A stretch of 47,148 nt of DNA from Octopus bimaculoides (GCF_001194135.2 NC_068987.1:37654037-37701184), one strand, 5' to 3'; counted from the first letter of the stretch, positions 24,089-35,326 are shown. Program-made: numbers and translations. Notes: a model not told the origin generated them from the sequence alone.

Positions 24089-24160
24089 CATTATTCAGGT
24101 CACTGCCTGGAATCGAACTCGGAATCTTGGGGTTAGTAGCCCGCGCTCTTAACCACTACG
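23839..24160 (-). mobile_element. Composite module: tRNA-like head + (AAT)n + hammerhead-like motif + AT-rich tail
   Basis: Minus strand CGTAGTGG (truncated A box, 24153-24160), GAGTTCGATTCC (B box, 24109-24120), (AAT)n ~24027-24096, hammerhead core 23914-23960. Confidence 0.75.
23914..23960 (-). ncRNA. Hammerhead ribozyme motif, PLE-type; this copy probably defective
   Basis: AGACAC-CTGATGA-A-GGCTG-N10-CAGCC-GAAAC-GTGTT: perfect 5-bp stem II, stem I GACAC/GTGTT; only one base between GAAA and stem I. Confidence 0.65.
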
Positions 24161-24985
24161 GGTTCGCCATTATCACCGATAATACCCAATATATACATGG
24201 AGTACTTTGAGAATTTGGCTTTAGAATCAACACCGCTAAAACCAACCCTATGGCTGCGATATGATGGTGACACCTTCATACTCTAGTCCCGCCAGAAAGG
24301 TGTCCAAGTGCTGTTAGATGATATGAACTCAATAAAGCCATCCATACAGTTTACAATGGAAAAAGAAAAAGACAATCAGCTAGCATTCCTGGACGTATTA
24401 ATAACACGCACCAAGTATGGATTCAGGACATCCGTATACCGCAAGCCGACCTTCACTGGACGATTTCTTAACTTCAACTCCCACTATCTATACAGTGTAA
24501 AGAGAAGGATTGCTCAGTGCCTAAAACATCGAGCAATGAATATAAATAGCGATCGTGATACCCACTACGAAGAAATGATCGAGCTCAGTAACAATCTATT
24601 AAGCAATAACTACCCCAAAAGCATACTCTCCGCTCCAATTATGATGAAAAGAGAAGATGAAACCGATAAACTGTCCACACACTGTCTACCCTATGGGAAA
24701 GGCCTCTCTGAAAAGATACAAAAGACATGCGGCCCATATGACATCAGTACAGTATTCAAAAGTAATACAACACTTCGCAAATATCTCCTTCGAGTAAAAC
24801 CACCAATAGAAGAGAATATGACCAAGAACTGCGTGTACTCCATCCCATGCAGCTGTGGTAGGTTATACAAAAGCGAAACATCCGCCCCCTCAAAATAAGG
24901 GTAGAAGAACATCGCAAAGCTGTGACATGGGGAGATATTGACAAATCGGGTATAGCTGATCATATATGGAAAAATGGAGACCACT
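24160..24985 (+). mobile_element. Penelope-like element, 5'-truncated (RT C-half plus GIY-YIG endonuclease)
   Basis: GSPLSPIIPNIYMEYFE..LWLRY(DG)DTF (YVDD degraded); IQFTMEKEKDNQLAFLDV..YRKPTFTG..LNFNSH; NCVYSIPCSCGRLY..(frameshift ~24885)..KIRVEEHRKAV..KSGIADHIW. Confidence 0.92.
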
Positions 24986-25720
24986 TGACTTCTTGCTATG
25001 TAAGTTTATACTGTCGACCAATACAGCTCTTCACTCAAGAAATCGTCCACATACGTTGCACTTCAACTCCAGTTGCCCTCGAATCTTGCTTATAAAGTGA
25101 ACGCTTCAGAGCAGAATGCTCCACTTACTTACTCATAGACAACATATCTATTCTTGACAATCGTACTCCGTGATGCACGGTTTTCAGCCAGATATCCACA
25201 GTGACACATACTTAAGATTACCTTTTATAACATCCTTAAATCGCTTCTTTGGTTTATGTTGATTTTTCTCTCGCTAGCTTCCCATAAAGATCCTGTTTAG
25301 ACAGCCTCCATCTCCATTCTGACAACATTAGAGGCCAATGCAATGATTCTTTTCCCAATACTGACGCTGCCCGTTCTCTCGATTGTGACAGCGTGAGGTG
25401 TATAAGAGAGCCACTTGATGTTCAGGGTGTGTCAGCTACTCTTTAAAGAATCGGATACTCTTTTCAAAATTCCTGCTGCGATGGGAAGGTAGTGAAGTAT
25501 ACAGACTTAGTGAGTTGGAAGTATACAGCCACCAATCTTCACGAAAGCGACTAAATATTCATAAAACGTCGTTGCTAGTTTCGGGAGTGTGATTTGGGTT
25601 GGGCGAAGTCTTTCACGACTGAGCAGCCATTTTAAGGAAGAACACTGCTCACCCAAATTTTGGGAGCGGTCTAGAAAAGGTGACCCAAACAACATCTGCT
25701 CCACTGTCAAGCTGGTTGTT
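24986..25720 (-). mobile_element. Degraded RTE-clade LINE 3' fragment
   Basis: Minus strand remnants LNIKWLSYT, VVRMEM..KQ.LYGKL..KPKKRFKDVIKGNLK and terminal CNVCGR zinc finger. Confidence 0.7.
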
Positions 25721-25819
25721 CATAGCAGGACAAAATTTAAAAAAAGGAAATAAAAGAAAAAGAAAAAGAACAAGAATATTACTTTTCAAATGAACAGAAT
25801 TAAATTCGATGTCACGACA

Positions 25820-26165
25820 TGAAATGTTAGAACACTTTTTGACCGGTAATTATTCTCAAATCTAAATCCAGAGTGCAGGACTGCAATTGTAGGCTGAGAA
25901 TTGAGCAAGGATAATATAGATACAGCTGCACTTTCAGGAAGCCATCTTGAGTATGGAGGCCATCTTTCAGAAATAGATGCTGGAGGGTAAAATCAAACTG
26001 GCAGGGAAAAGATGCGAGGAGTTGGGTTTGCTGTTCAAATAGCGGTCCCTGTGTGGCTGGAGCAACCACAAGATATTAACTATTGAATAACGCACTTGAG
26101 AGTTGCTTTGTCAATGGTACGTTATAAGAACGACATTTCAGTATATGCTCCCACTATGAATAGTA
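25820..26165 (+). mobile_element. Degraded RTE-type APE endonuclease N-terminal fragment
   Basis: NVRTL..PECRTAIVG.EL...NID.AALS..GVGFAV..ISVYAPTM. Confidence 0.7.
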
Positions 26166-26673
26166 ACCATGACTACATATAACACACACACACACACACA
26201 CACACAGAGTTACATACATAAATACATACATATAAATCGCACTAGTAACAGTTTGTAAAGCCGTTTGTGTTACTCTTAAAAACGAAGTCAAATTGAAACA
26301 CGAACGGGACTACGTTTCTTTTGATTCGCCTAGATCAGCTGACTCGTCCAGTCGATAGCAGTCTGGACAGTTGATGTAAAACTGGTAAACATCTTACGGA
26401 TGTATATATATANNNNNNNNNNNNNNNNNNNNNNNNNNNNNNNNNNNNNNNNNNNNNNNNNNNNNNNNNNNNNNNNNNNNNNNNNNNNNNNNNNNNNNNN
26501 NNNNNNNNNNNNNNNNNNNNNNNNNNNNNNNNNNNNNNNNNNNNNNNNNNNNNNNNNNNNNNNNNNNNNNNNNNNNNNNNNNNNNNNNNNNNNNNNNNNN
26601 NNNNNNNNNNNNNNNNNNNNNNNNNNNNNNNNNNNNNNNNNNNNNNNNNNNNNNNNNNNATATATATATATAT

Positions 26674-27100
26674 ATAGGCGTTGCTGTGTGCTAAGAAGTT
26701 TGCTTCCTAACTATACAGTTCCGAATTCAGTCCCACTACAAGGCACCTTGGGCAAGTGTTTTCTACTATGGCCTCTGGCTGACCACATTCTTGTGAGGGG
26801 ATTTGATAGATGGAAACTGAAAGAAGCCCGTCGTATATGTTTGTGTGTGTGTGCACGCGTGTGTGTGCACGCGTATGTGTGAGTGTATTGTGTGCCTGTG
26901 TTTGTCCCCCACCACTGGCCGATAACCGGTGATGATGTGTTTACGTTCCCGTAATCTAATGGCTCGGCAAAATAAATCGGTAGAATAAGTGCAAGGCTTA
27001 AAAAAAATGTACTGAAGTCGTTTGATTCGACTGAAATTCTTTAAGACGGCTCCCCAGCATGACTGCAATCTAATGATTGAAACAAGTAAAAGGTAAAAGA
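26674..27100 (+). mobile_element. SINE family A, full length
   Basis: Head, CACCTTGGGCAAGTG box, GAAAGAAGCCCGTCGTATA, internal (TG)n, 3' module ending GAAACAAGTAAAAG. Confidence 0.88.
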
Positions 27101-27163
27101 TATACAATTGTTTCTGTGCAGCGGTGGCAGCTGTTAGTTGCTAAATTGTCCGTATCCTACTAT

Positions 27164-27386
27164 TAGATAAGTTATTTTATAAATAATTACATAAATAAAC
27201 CTGATCCAGCAGCTGTGGACCGGCACGTCATCAGGTAAGATGCTTTGAAAGCAGTGCTTATTTTGTAATTGAAACATGTTTATTCCATGATACAGAAAAC
27301 TTTGAAAGCATCTTACCTGATGACGTGCCGGTACGCAGCTGCTACTGGATCATATTTATTTATTTAATTATTTATAAAATAATCTA
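27164..27386. repeat. Long inverted repeat, ~87-bp arms with ~48-bp spacer
   Basis: 27164-27251 is the near reverse complement of 27300-27386; core ACCGGCACGTCATCAGGTAAGATGCTTT is exact. Confidence 0.92.
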
Positions 27387-27883
27387 TGTAATAGTATGAT
27401 ACTGACAGCTCAGCAACTCACAGTTGGTATCGCTGCGCCGAAACAATTGTTGTAGTTTGTAATTAAATCCTATTTATTTCGTCTTCGTGTATAACTTTTT
27501 TTTATATAAACTGTATACACTAACGGAATTCCACAAATATATTCAGTGACCGATAACCGTATAGAAGCTTTTGAATGTACGTTATGAGATAATATTAAAT
27601 AAATATATAATATATACTTATTCAATNNNNNNNNNNTATATATATATATGTCCGAATGAGATCTATGTAGTAACAGTATTGTCTAGTAAAATTTATTTGC
27701 CAGCGTAAAGTGGCAGTCCTACGTAGAACTATGTTACTACTGTTTAACCCCAGGAAAACATATTTTCCGGCTGGTTATCTATACCTGATCTGTGTCCGAG
27801 ATACTGTGAGCAAGAGAGCTTACTATTCCCTTCTAGCCGTACCGTACCAGTTGACCAATGGTCTCTCGTAATACATACATACA

Positions 27884-27919
<36 letters not shown>

Positions 27920-28130
27920 TATAATATAGATTTAATCAAAAGATTAAATGTGGTACTTAAAATGTTTGAGGCACCAGAATTTGGTAGAGTAAAAACCAAA
28001 AACAAAATCAAGAGATTTGGTGAATCACATCTGGGACCAAGGTTCGAAACCCAAGGTTGAACACCGAAATGATAGAAGACAGATTTTATGACATTCCAAG
28101 GTTCAAAATCCAAGGTTGAATACTGAATTA

Positions 28131-28472
28131 GTCTGCGGTCATGTTGGGGCGTCGTTTTGAAAAATTTTTGGTCGAACGAATCAACCCCAGTATTCTATCA
28201 GTCACTTTTGCCGAACCGCTAACTAACGAGGACGTAAATAAAAAAAAAAAACGCTGGTTGTCAGACGGTGGTGGAGAACAAACTCAAAGACACACACACA
28301 CATACACATATTCGACAGATGGATTTCTTTCAGTTTCAGTCTATCAAATCCATTGACAAGGTATTGGTCGACTCGAAGCTATAGTAGAAGGTATTTCCCC
28401 AAGGTGCCACGTGATGGGACTGAACACGAACAATGTGGTTGGGAAGCAAACTGCTTACTACATAGCTACGCC
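28131..28472 (-). mobile_element. SINE family A, diverged copy
   Basis: TGCGGTCATGTTGGGGC..TTTGCCGAACCGCTAA..TTCTTTCAGTTTC..CCAAGGTGCCAC..GGGACTGAAC..GTGGTTGGGAAGCAA. Confidence 0.82.
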
Positions 28473-28534
28473 AGTACTTTCATGTAACTTAGTATGCAGT
28501 TGCCACACCGACTCCAAACTGTATGCTTATTGTA

Positions 28535-29806
28535 TCAGGTCATCCCATAAGTTCTGTCCGAATTTTGAATAAAGAAAACAAGTGATCAAATGTTATATTT
28601 AATTGAAATTTAATCATCAATGTACTTTCCCTGATTATCTATGATTTCCTTCCATCTATTTACAAGCCTTTTAATCCCATCAATGTAAAACTCTTTTGGT
28701 TTCAAAGCAAAGAACTCTGAAATGTCAGTTTCGACCTCCTCCTGGCTTGCAAAAGTTATTCCCCCAAATGATTCTGTAAACTACGAAACAAATGGTAGTC
28801 TGAAGGAGCAAAGTCAGGTGGATGAGGAATTTTTTCCCAACCAAGCTCTTCGATCTTCTGTGATGTGATCTTTGCAGTGTGGGGTCATGCATTGTCCTGA
28901 TGAAACATAACTCCTTTTCGATTCACTAAAGCGGGTATTTTTTCTTCAAAGCTTGGTTGAAAAGCTCTGATCGCTGACAGTAGACTTGAGCATTGATTGC
29001 TGCATTCGGTGGTAACAATTCAAAGTGAATTATTCCTTTGCAATCCCACCAGATAGAGAGAAGAAACTTTTTCTCATGAAGTTCCATTCTCGGTTATGGT
29101 TGAGCTTTTTCCCTTTTACCAAGCCACTGTTTACGACGTTTAACATTTCGTTCCATTTTTCGTCACCAGTCACAAGTCTATCCAAAAAGGGTGAAATGAG
29201 TTCGCTCGCGAGAATGGAGAGAAGAGCAGATGTCAACCTGGGATTTGCGGTTGCTTTCGGACAATTCATGTGGCACCCATTTTCCAAGTTTAGGATACCT
29301 TTCCAAGTTGAAGATGACGATGAATAATTGTATGGTTTGAACTAAGCTTTATTGCCAATTCTTCAACTGATAATGCAGGATTTTCTTCAAGTAATGCCTC
29401 AAGGAGTTTATCATCAAGCTCAACTGGACGTCCTGTTCGATCTTTATCTTCAAGGCTGAACTCTCTACTTCTGAATTTTGCAAACCATCTTCTGCAAGTT
29501 CTTTCATTCAAGCATTCTTTCCCATAAACCGAGTGTATGTTTCGAGTCGCTTCGGCTGCAGAGTTTCCTTTTTTGTACTCATAAAGCATTATGGACCTTA
29601 AATGCTCTTTGGATACTTCCATGATAGAAAGGGTTTTAATCAAAGACATTTTAATTCTATTAGTCTGTAAAATAGTATTAAATTAGTTTAAATGTACACA
29701 AATGCGAAAAATAATTTTAAATTCCATTTGACATTCTAAAATACTATTAAATTTCATTCAATTTTAAAAAAAGGTAAAATCGGACAGAATTTATGGGATG
29801 ACCTGA
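28535..29806 (-). mobile_element. Full-length mariner (D,D34D type) DNA transposon, 1272 bp, transposase pseudogenised
   Basis: TIRs TCAGGTCATCCCATAAGTTCTGTCCGA / TCGGACAGAATTTATGGGATGACCTGA (1 mismatch), TA on both sides; MEVSKEHLR (ATG 29622), GKWVPHEL, VTGDEKW, HQDNA*PH, PSDYHLF, stop 28610-28612; frameshifts and small deletions. Confidence 0.95.
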
Positions 29807-30345
29807 TAATTATAGGCATACGACGGTCTTCATCCAGAAAATTGCGAATTATCACACCAGCTCCGAGGTTCTAACGTCCCCCTCATCACACACCTCTCAT
29901 CATCTTTCACCTCCTCTCTGCTTTTGAACCTATTGCGCCAGCGATAAACGGATGGACGGCAGATACGAGTTACTCCATAAGTAGTGTTGATCACTTCATA
30001 AGTTTCTTTAAGTTTTTTCCTAGTTTAACATAAAACTTTCTTGCAATGTAAGCGTCAGACTATTCGAACTGTAACAAGTAGTGTTTAGTAGGGAGTGTAT
30101 AAGGTACTGTTACGTCCACCTCCTCCGATCTACAATAAAAGAGATGGCAGATCACCTTATTAGATGTATAGTAATAATATACCAAATTTACAGTAATCTA
30201 GGACAGTTACATTTGCATCTCCTAAGTTTCAAGCCTTCTGGAATGCACCTTGTACACACACACATACACACACACGCACACACATATGTAAATTTATATA
30301 TATATACACACGCATACATAAACACACGCTCACACACATATGTAT

Positions 30346-30379
<34 letters not shown>

Positions 30380-30802
30380 TATATCTATCTATCTATCTAT
30401 ATATACACATACATACATATACATATATGTATGCATGTATGTAAGTACACATACGAGCATACATATCTCGTTTGTCTGTGTATACGTATGCGCATGCATG
30501 TATAAATGTATGTGCGTGCGCGTAGGTGGGGCAGACATTTCTTATATTTCCTTTATACATGTGACAACATACTGAGGCAGAAACACGTGTTCGCAGCTGC
30601 CGCCTCGTCTTCAGAACAACAGCTTTTCTTGTTCCTTAATGGCAAGTGAATTCCGGTGAGTTATGCATATACATACATAAACATACTTGCATACATACTT
30701 GCACACGCACACACACACGTATACAGGTATGCGTATGTGCATATGCATACATATATACATATATCTGTAATATATTTTTACACATACACACGCACACATA
30801 TG

Positions 30803-30861
<59 letters not shown>

Positions 30862-30964
30862 GTATGTATGCACACATGTACATAATAGTTTACTAACCTC
30901 AGTTTTAGGTGCAGTATTGTGTCTTTTGAAGTGAAGATCTTTTTCATTCTTATAAATGTTATTT

Positions 30965-31440
30965 TAACCTAATTTATTCTTTGAATAATTTCTTCACAGC
31001 GACCTTCCTGATTTAGTATTTTTCCTAAATATTTGAATTCTTTTTCTTGTTCAAGCTTCTTTCTATTTCCTTTTATATTTGATTCTTTTTGTTCTGTCTT
31101 ACCAGCAACCCCTGTCTTTGACATTTTGTTTTCCAGTCATATTGACATTTCTTGTCGGAAACATGGACAATATGCACAGCTATGAAGAGAAAAGGGAAAC
31201 CCTGAGATGCTCATCTTTTGCACATTAGGTAGGATAAATTGGAAAAACACGGTAACAAATGGCACAGTACAAGGAAAGTCCAGCCTATTATCCAAAAGTC
31301 AGCAAAGCCAGCATATTTTGCAAATACGAGTAAATAGTTACCACCCAAGATTATCCTGACAGGAAGAGATGAGAGGAAGAGAGCAAGGGCACGTCAAAGG
31401 CGTTTGTGGACTGAGATCATCAAAGAACGGACTAGAGAAA
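30965..31440 (+). mobile_element. LINE (RTE-like) 3' remnant with an inverted upstream segment
   Basis: 30965-31115 on minus: KKLEQEKEFKYLGKILNQEGRCEEIIQRIN; 31117-31440 on plus: FPVILT..SETWT..KRARARQRRLWTE.IKE. Confidence 0.65.
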
Positions 31441-31639
31441 AGAACCTGGTTGATGGCTGATACACACACACGTATATATCTTCACATATTTATATGTGTA
31501 TATGTATATATGTATTCTTCATGGTAGTATGATAAAAAAAATAATAACCAGTTTTCTTAGGGAGAGAAATCATCTCCTAAATCCCAACCAATATGATTTC
31601 CATAGTAGAAGAGATGGCCTAACACAGCTTCTGCTTTTG

Positions 31640-32835
31640 ATGGCATTCTAAATGCTCTGGGGGTGGGGGCGATTATACCGGCTTCATTTATCTTTACTTC
31701 AGTTAAGCTTTCGACAAAGTCGACCACAGAATTCTACTGAAAATATTATTTAACATTGTGAATAAATCCTTTCCTGGCAGAATCTAACATAGTGTGACAC
31801 ATGGAGTCTATTCAAGACCAGCAAAAATTCATTAGGGATATCCTCATCGGAGTAAAGTGTTGAGGCCACTTCTATCTATTATTTACATAATTAAAATAAA
31901 AATGACATCGTAGAATCTTTGTAGGTTACTCTTAGCTTCCAAAAATCTTCAACTGAATATACGACAGAATAGAACACCAATCTGATCTATACACTGTGAT
32001 TCGAAAATAAAAAAAAATTACATGCAGTTTTCGCTCGGAAGCTTTTGAGCCAGTCCATTTTTGAAATGAGAAAAGGGAATATTTAAATAACCATAGACTC
32101 TTCCTTCAGAAGTACTTCTTGTGACGTCAGGTAATATCCCTGACTTCGATGTAATTGTGGGCAACCGAAGCTGGAGTTCACGCATCAACAATAAAGTTGA
32201 TATGGCACGCAGTATGTACTCATAGATCCTTAGAACTTTCCAGTCTAGAGATCCTGACACCATGATACTCCCCTTCCTAACTTCACTTAGTTTCATCTTG
32301 AATACTGCTTCCCTCTGTGTCGCATTTTACAAAACAAAATATGGGAATTAAGGCATGCAAAGATTGATCACAAAAAAAAAAAAGACAGTAAAACTTTAAA
32401 ATAAATGGCATGATAGGCCTTGGTTAATGAGATCGCCTTACAAAGCTCAAACTCCATTCTTTCGAACGACGTCGTAAACATGAGATCATTTGTACAATAT
32501 GGAAATTATGTCATTAACTTCGTCCGAGCTATACCAAGGCTAAGCCTCGCATCATACGCTCCCTACAAAAATCGAGCTCACATCACAAAACATTAAGACA
32601 CACTCTTTTAATTTCGACTGGTCCTGCTTTAATCCAGGATACTTCGAAATAAATCCAAGAAAATACTTTCTTACCATTCAAACGGCACTTGGGCAAATAC
32701 CTGACGGACAACCAGCTCTCTAATAAATTTAGACAAACAATTATTCCAGTGGACTATGATATCCCCCACAAAATTTTCCATATGTTGCTCCATGTGTTTG
32801 ACATAACCTGGGCCAAAGATGGTAGAAACCTACTT
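31640..32835 (+). mobile_element. CR1-clade LINE remnant (RT to 3' end), heavily degraded
   Basis: IYLYFS*AFDKVDHRILLK; VLRPLLSIIYI; ILRTFQSRDPDTM..LEYC; DRLTKLKLHSFERRR; TGPAL. Confidence 0.8.
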
Positions 32836-32846
32836 ACATATGGAAA

Positions 32847-34072
32847 CAAGGTATTGAGGCTAAATTTGACAGTTTGCATAAACGGAAAAGAAAACACAAC
32901 ATCCCATCCAAAAATTAAGGTATTTTTAAAAAATCAAAAAATTCCAACTAGATTATGGCTGGGATATAACAGTTTACTCAACGTAGCTGCCTTCACCTTC
33001 TACCACAGCTTCAAGTTAGCCCTGGAACTTCTCTTTGTCCCTGGGAAGATATTTAAACACCTCATTGATCTTGGTGACCAGCTCGGTCTTATTGTTGCAG
33101 ATAGAGTGATTGGTATCTTTCTTATCCGCGTCCTACACATATTAATCGATGGAGTTACAAAGGAGGTCAGAAATTGGCTGGTAAAGTTGTAGGAATTCTC
33201 CAGCGGACATTTCTGACTCTCTTCGGAGGTATGGTAAGAAGCCGAATCCTGCTTCCACACATATGGCCTTCCAGCAGCAACCTTCTCCAGCCACGGTTTG
33301 ACCACAGTCTCTAGCAGCTTTACATAACCATCTAAATCTAAGATATGGGGTGGCATGACGTCACTCTCACTGGAGACACACCGAAAGACCATCACAGCTT
33401 GGATGAACTTGGTTTGCATGATATATGAGATATCACATGGAGTGTAGGCAAGCCACCAGATGTTCTGGGTGTTGAGCACCTGATCCTGGCAGATTAACCC
33501 CGGCTCAAAAGAATGCCTCAACTTGTGCAGGAGCCTCTCTGCCTTCCTTAGGTGGTTTTCCTTGGCCTTGGTTGTCAGAATTTCTCCCGTGCGCCTCTTA
33601 TACAAGCGGTAGCGAAGGTGCTCATTCAGGACCAGCTTCATAGAGGTGACTCTAACACGCATCTCTCTCGCCAACGCCCTGATTCCCTTGCTCAGATCCT
33701 CTGTTACTTAGTGTTGTTATCTGAATTCCGGCATGCAGACGCAGTCAGAACGCCTGTTGAGTCTCTGCTGGCCACGGCATTTTAGTCCCCGTTACATCTG
33801 TTCATGTCACGTCTTGCAGACTTTACAGTGTTCACAGACCATTCAGCAGCAGACATGATGGTGGCATGATACCCGGTGCGAATCACTATGGTACAAGTAA
33901 CTCTTTTCCCATATTCAGATGGCTTCAGTCTTCTATGTGAGTCAACTGTTTCTCAACTACAACGTTAATCGTCATGCTTTCTTCCAATGGCGTTGAGTGT
34001 TTACCAATACATAAAGTTTTTCCTAAAAAGAATGGAGACACAAAATGCCGCCAAATGAGCCAGAACACACCG
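32847..34072 (-). mobile_element. Tc1/mariner transposon, maT (DD37D)-like, degraded with internal deletions
   Basis: AVMVFRCVSSESDVMPPH..YVKLLETVVKPWLEKVAAGRPYVWKQDSA.YHTS; right end CAAAATGCCGCCAAATGAGCCAGAACACACCG + TA; left TIR only about 60% similar by eye; D-to-D spacing reconstructed across deletions. Confidence 0.75.
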
Positions 34073-34288
34073 TACGTATGTATGTGTATACACTGGTTAC
34101 CTGAACACGACGAGATAGGTTGTTGTAACCAGCATATACATACATACATGCATACATACACACACACATATATGTNNNNNNNNNNNNNNNNNNNNNNNNN
34201 NNNNNNNNNNNNNNNNNNNNNNNNNNNNNNNNNNNNNNNNNNNNNNNNNNNNNNNNNNNNNNNNNNNNNNNNNNNNNNNNNNNNNNNN

Positions 34289-34605
34289 TCACAGACCATT
34301 CAGCAGCAGACATGATGGTGGCATGATACCCGGTGCGAATCACTATGGTACAAGTAACTCTTTTCCCATATTCAGATGGCTTCAGTCTTCTATGTGAGTC
34401 AACTGTTTCTCAACTACAACGTTAATCGTCATGCTTTCTTCCAATGGCGTTGAGTGTTTACCAATACATAAAGTTTTTCCTAAAAAGAATGGAGACACAA
34501 AATGCCGCCAAATGAGCCAGAACACACCGTACGTATGTATGTGTATACACTGGTTACCTGAACACGACGAGATAGGTTGTTGTAACCAGCATATACATAC
34601 ATACA
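34289..34605. repeat. Exact duplicate of 33832-34148 across an N gap
   Basis: No differences seen over ~315 bp until the flanking microsatellite. Confidence 0.9.
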
Positions 34606-35326
34606 TATATATATATACATACATGTGTGTGTTTGTGTGCGTATCTGTGTGTGCGTCTTGTGTGTCTGTGTGTATGTGTATATATGTATGCATGTAGGTA
34701 CGCATGTATGCATATAAGTATGTTTATGTACATACGGACTTCTGCACAATTTCTGCCAACTCCAAATTTGCCCGACAAGCCATTGGTCAAAGTGAGATTA
34801 TGTTAGCAAACATTTGCTCAAGATACGATTGAATGGGATTGAAACGAAAAACCATTTGAATGTGAAACGAACTTCTAACCACAAAGCCATGTCTAACATT
34901 GTTTCTGTGACAAACTCTCACGCTCTCAGTTCTAAATATTTAATGTTCTTCCACTACTGCTTACGCAACATTGAATTCATTTTTGGCTTAATTTCAATTC
35001 ACACCAGAGTAAACCCATAAGCCGTACGTACAGATTCACATATACATATATGCATGCACACACTATATAGCCACACTATATACCTGCAAGTAACTCTATA
35101 TATATATATACACATTTGTATAAATATAAACGTGTATACACGCAAGCACGCACATATATACACGTACACGCATGTATTAGAAGGTGAGCGAGTGTGTAAT
35201 TGGTTGAATGAGAAAGTAGGCTGAGAAAGTAAAAATGTCTGACACAGAGGAAGGGTGCTGGAAAGCAAAGAGTGGTTGTTATGACTAATGGCAACGATAA
35301 GTGTTATTAAGATGACTCAAGGTCAC

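Noticed and set aside
24098-24160. Functional tRNA gene
   Set aside because: Acceptor stem and 5' end missing, T-stem mismatched, unusual ACT anticodon; treated as a SINE-like head.
32689-33192. 167-aa plus-strand ORF
   Set aside because: Crosses the CR1 3' end into the antisense strand of the maT-like transposase; no recognisable domain.
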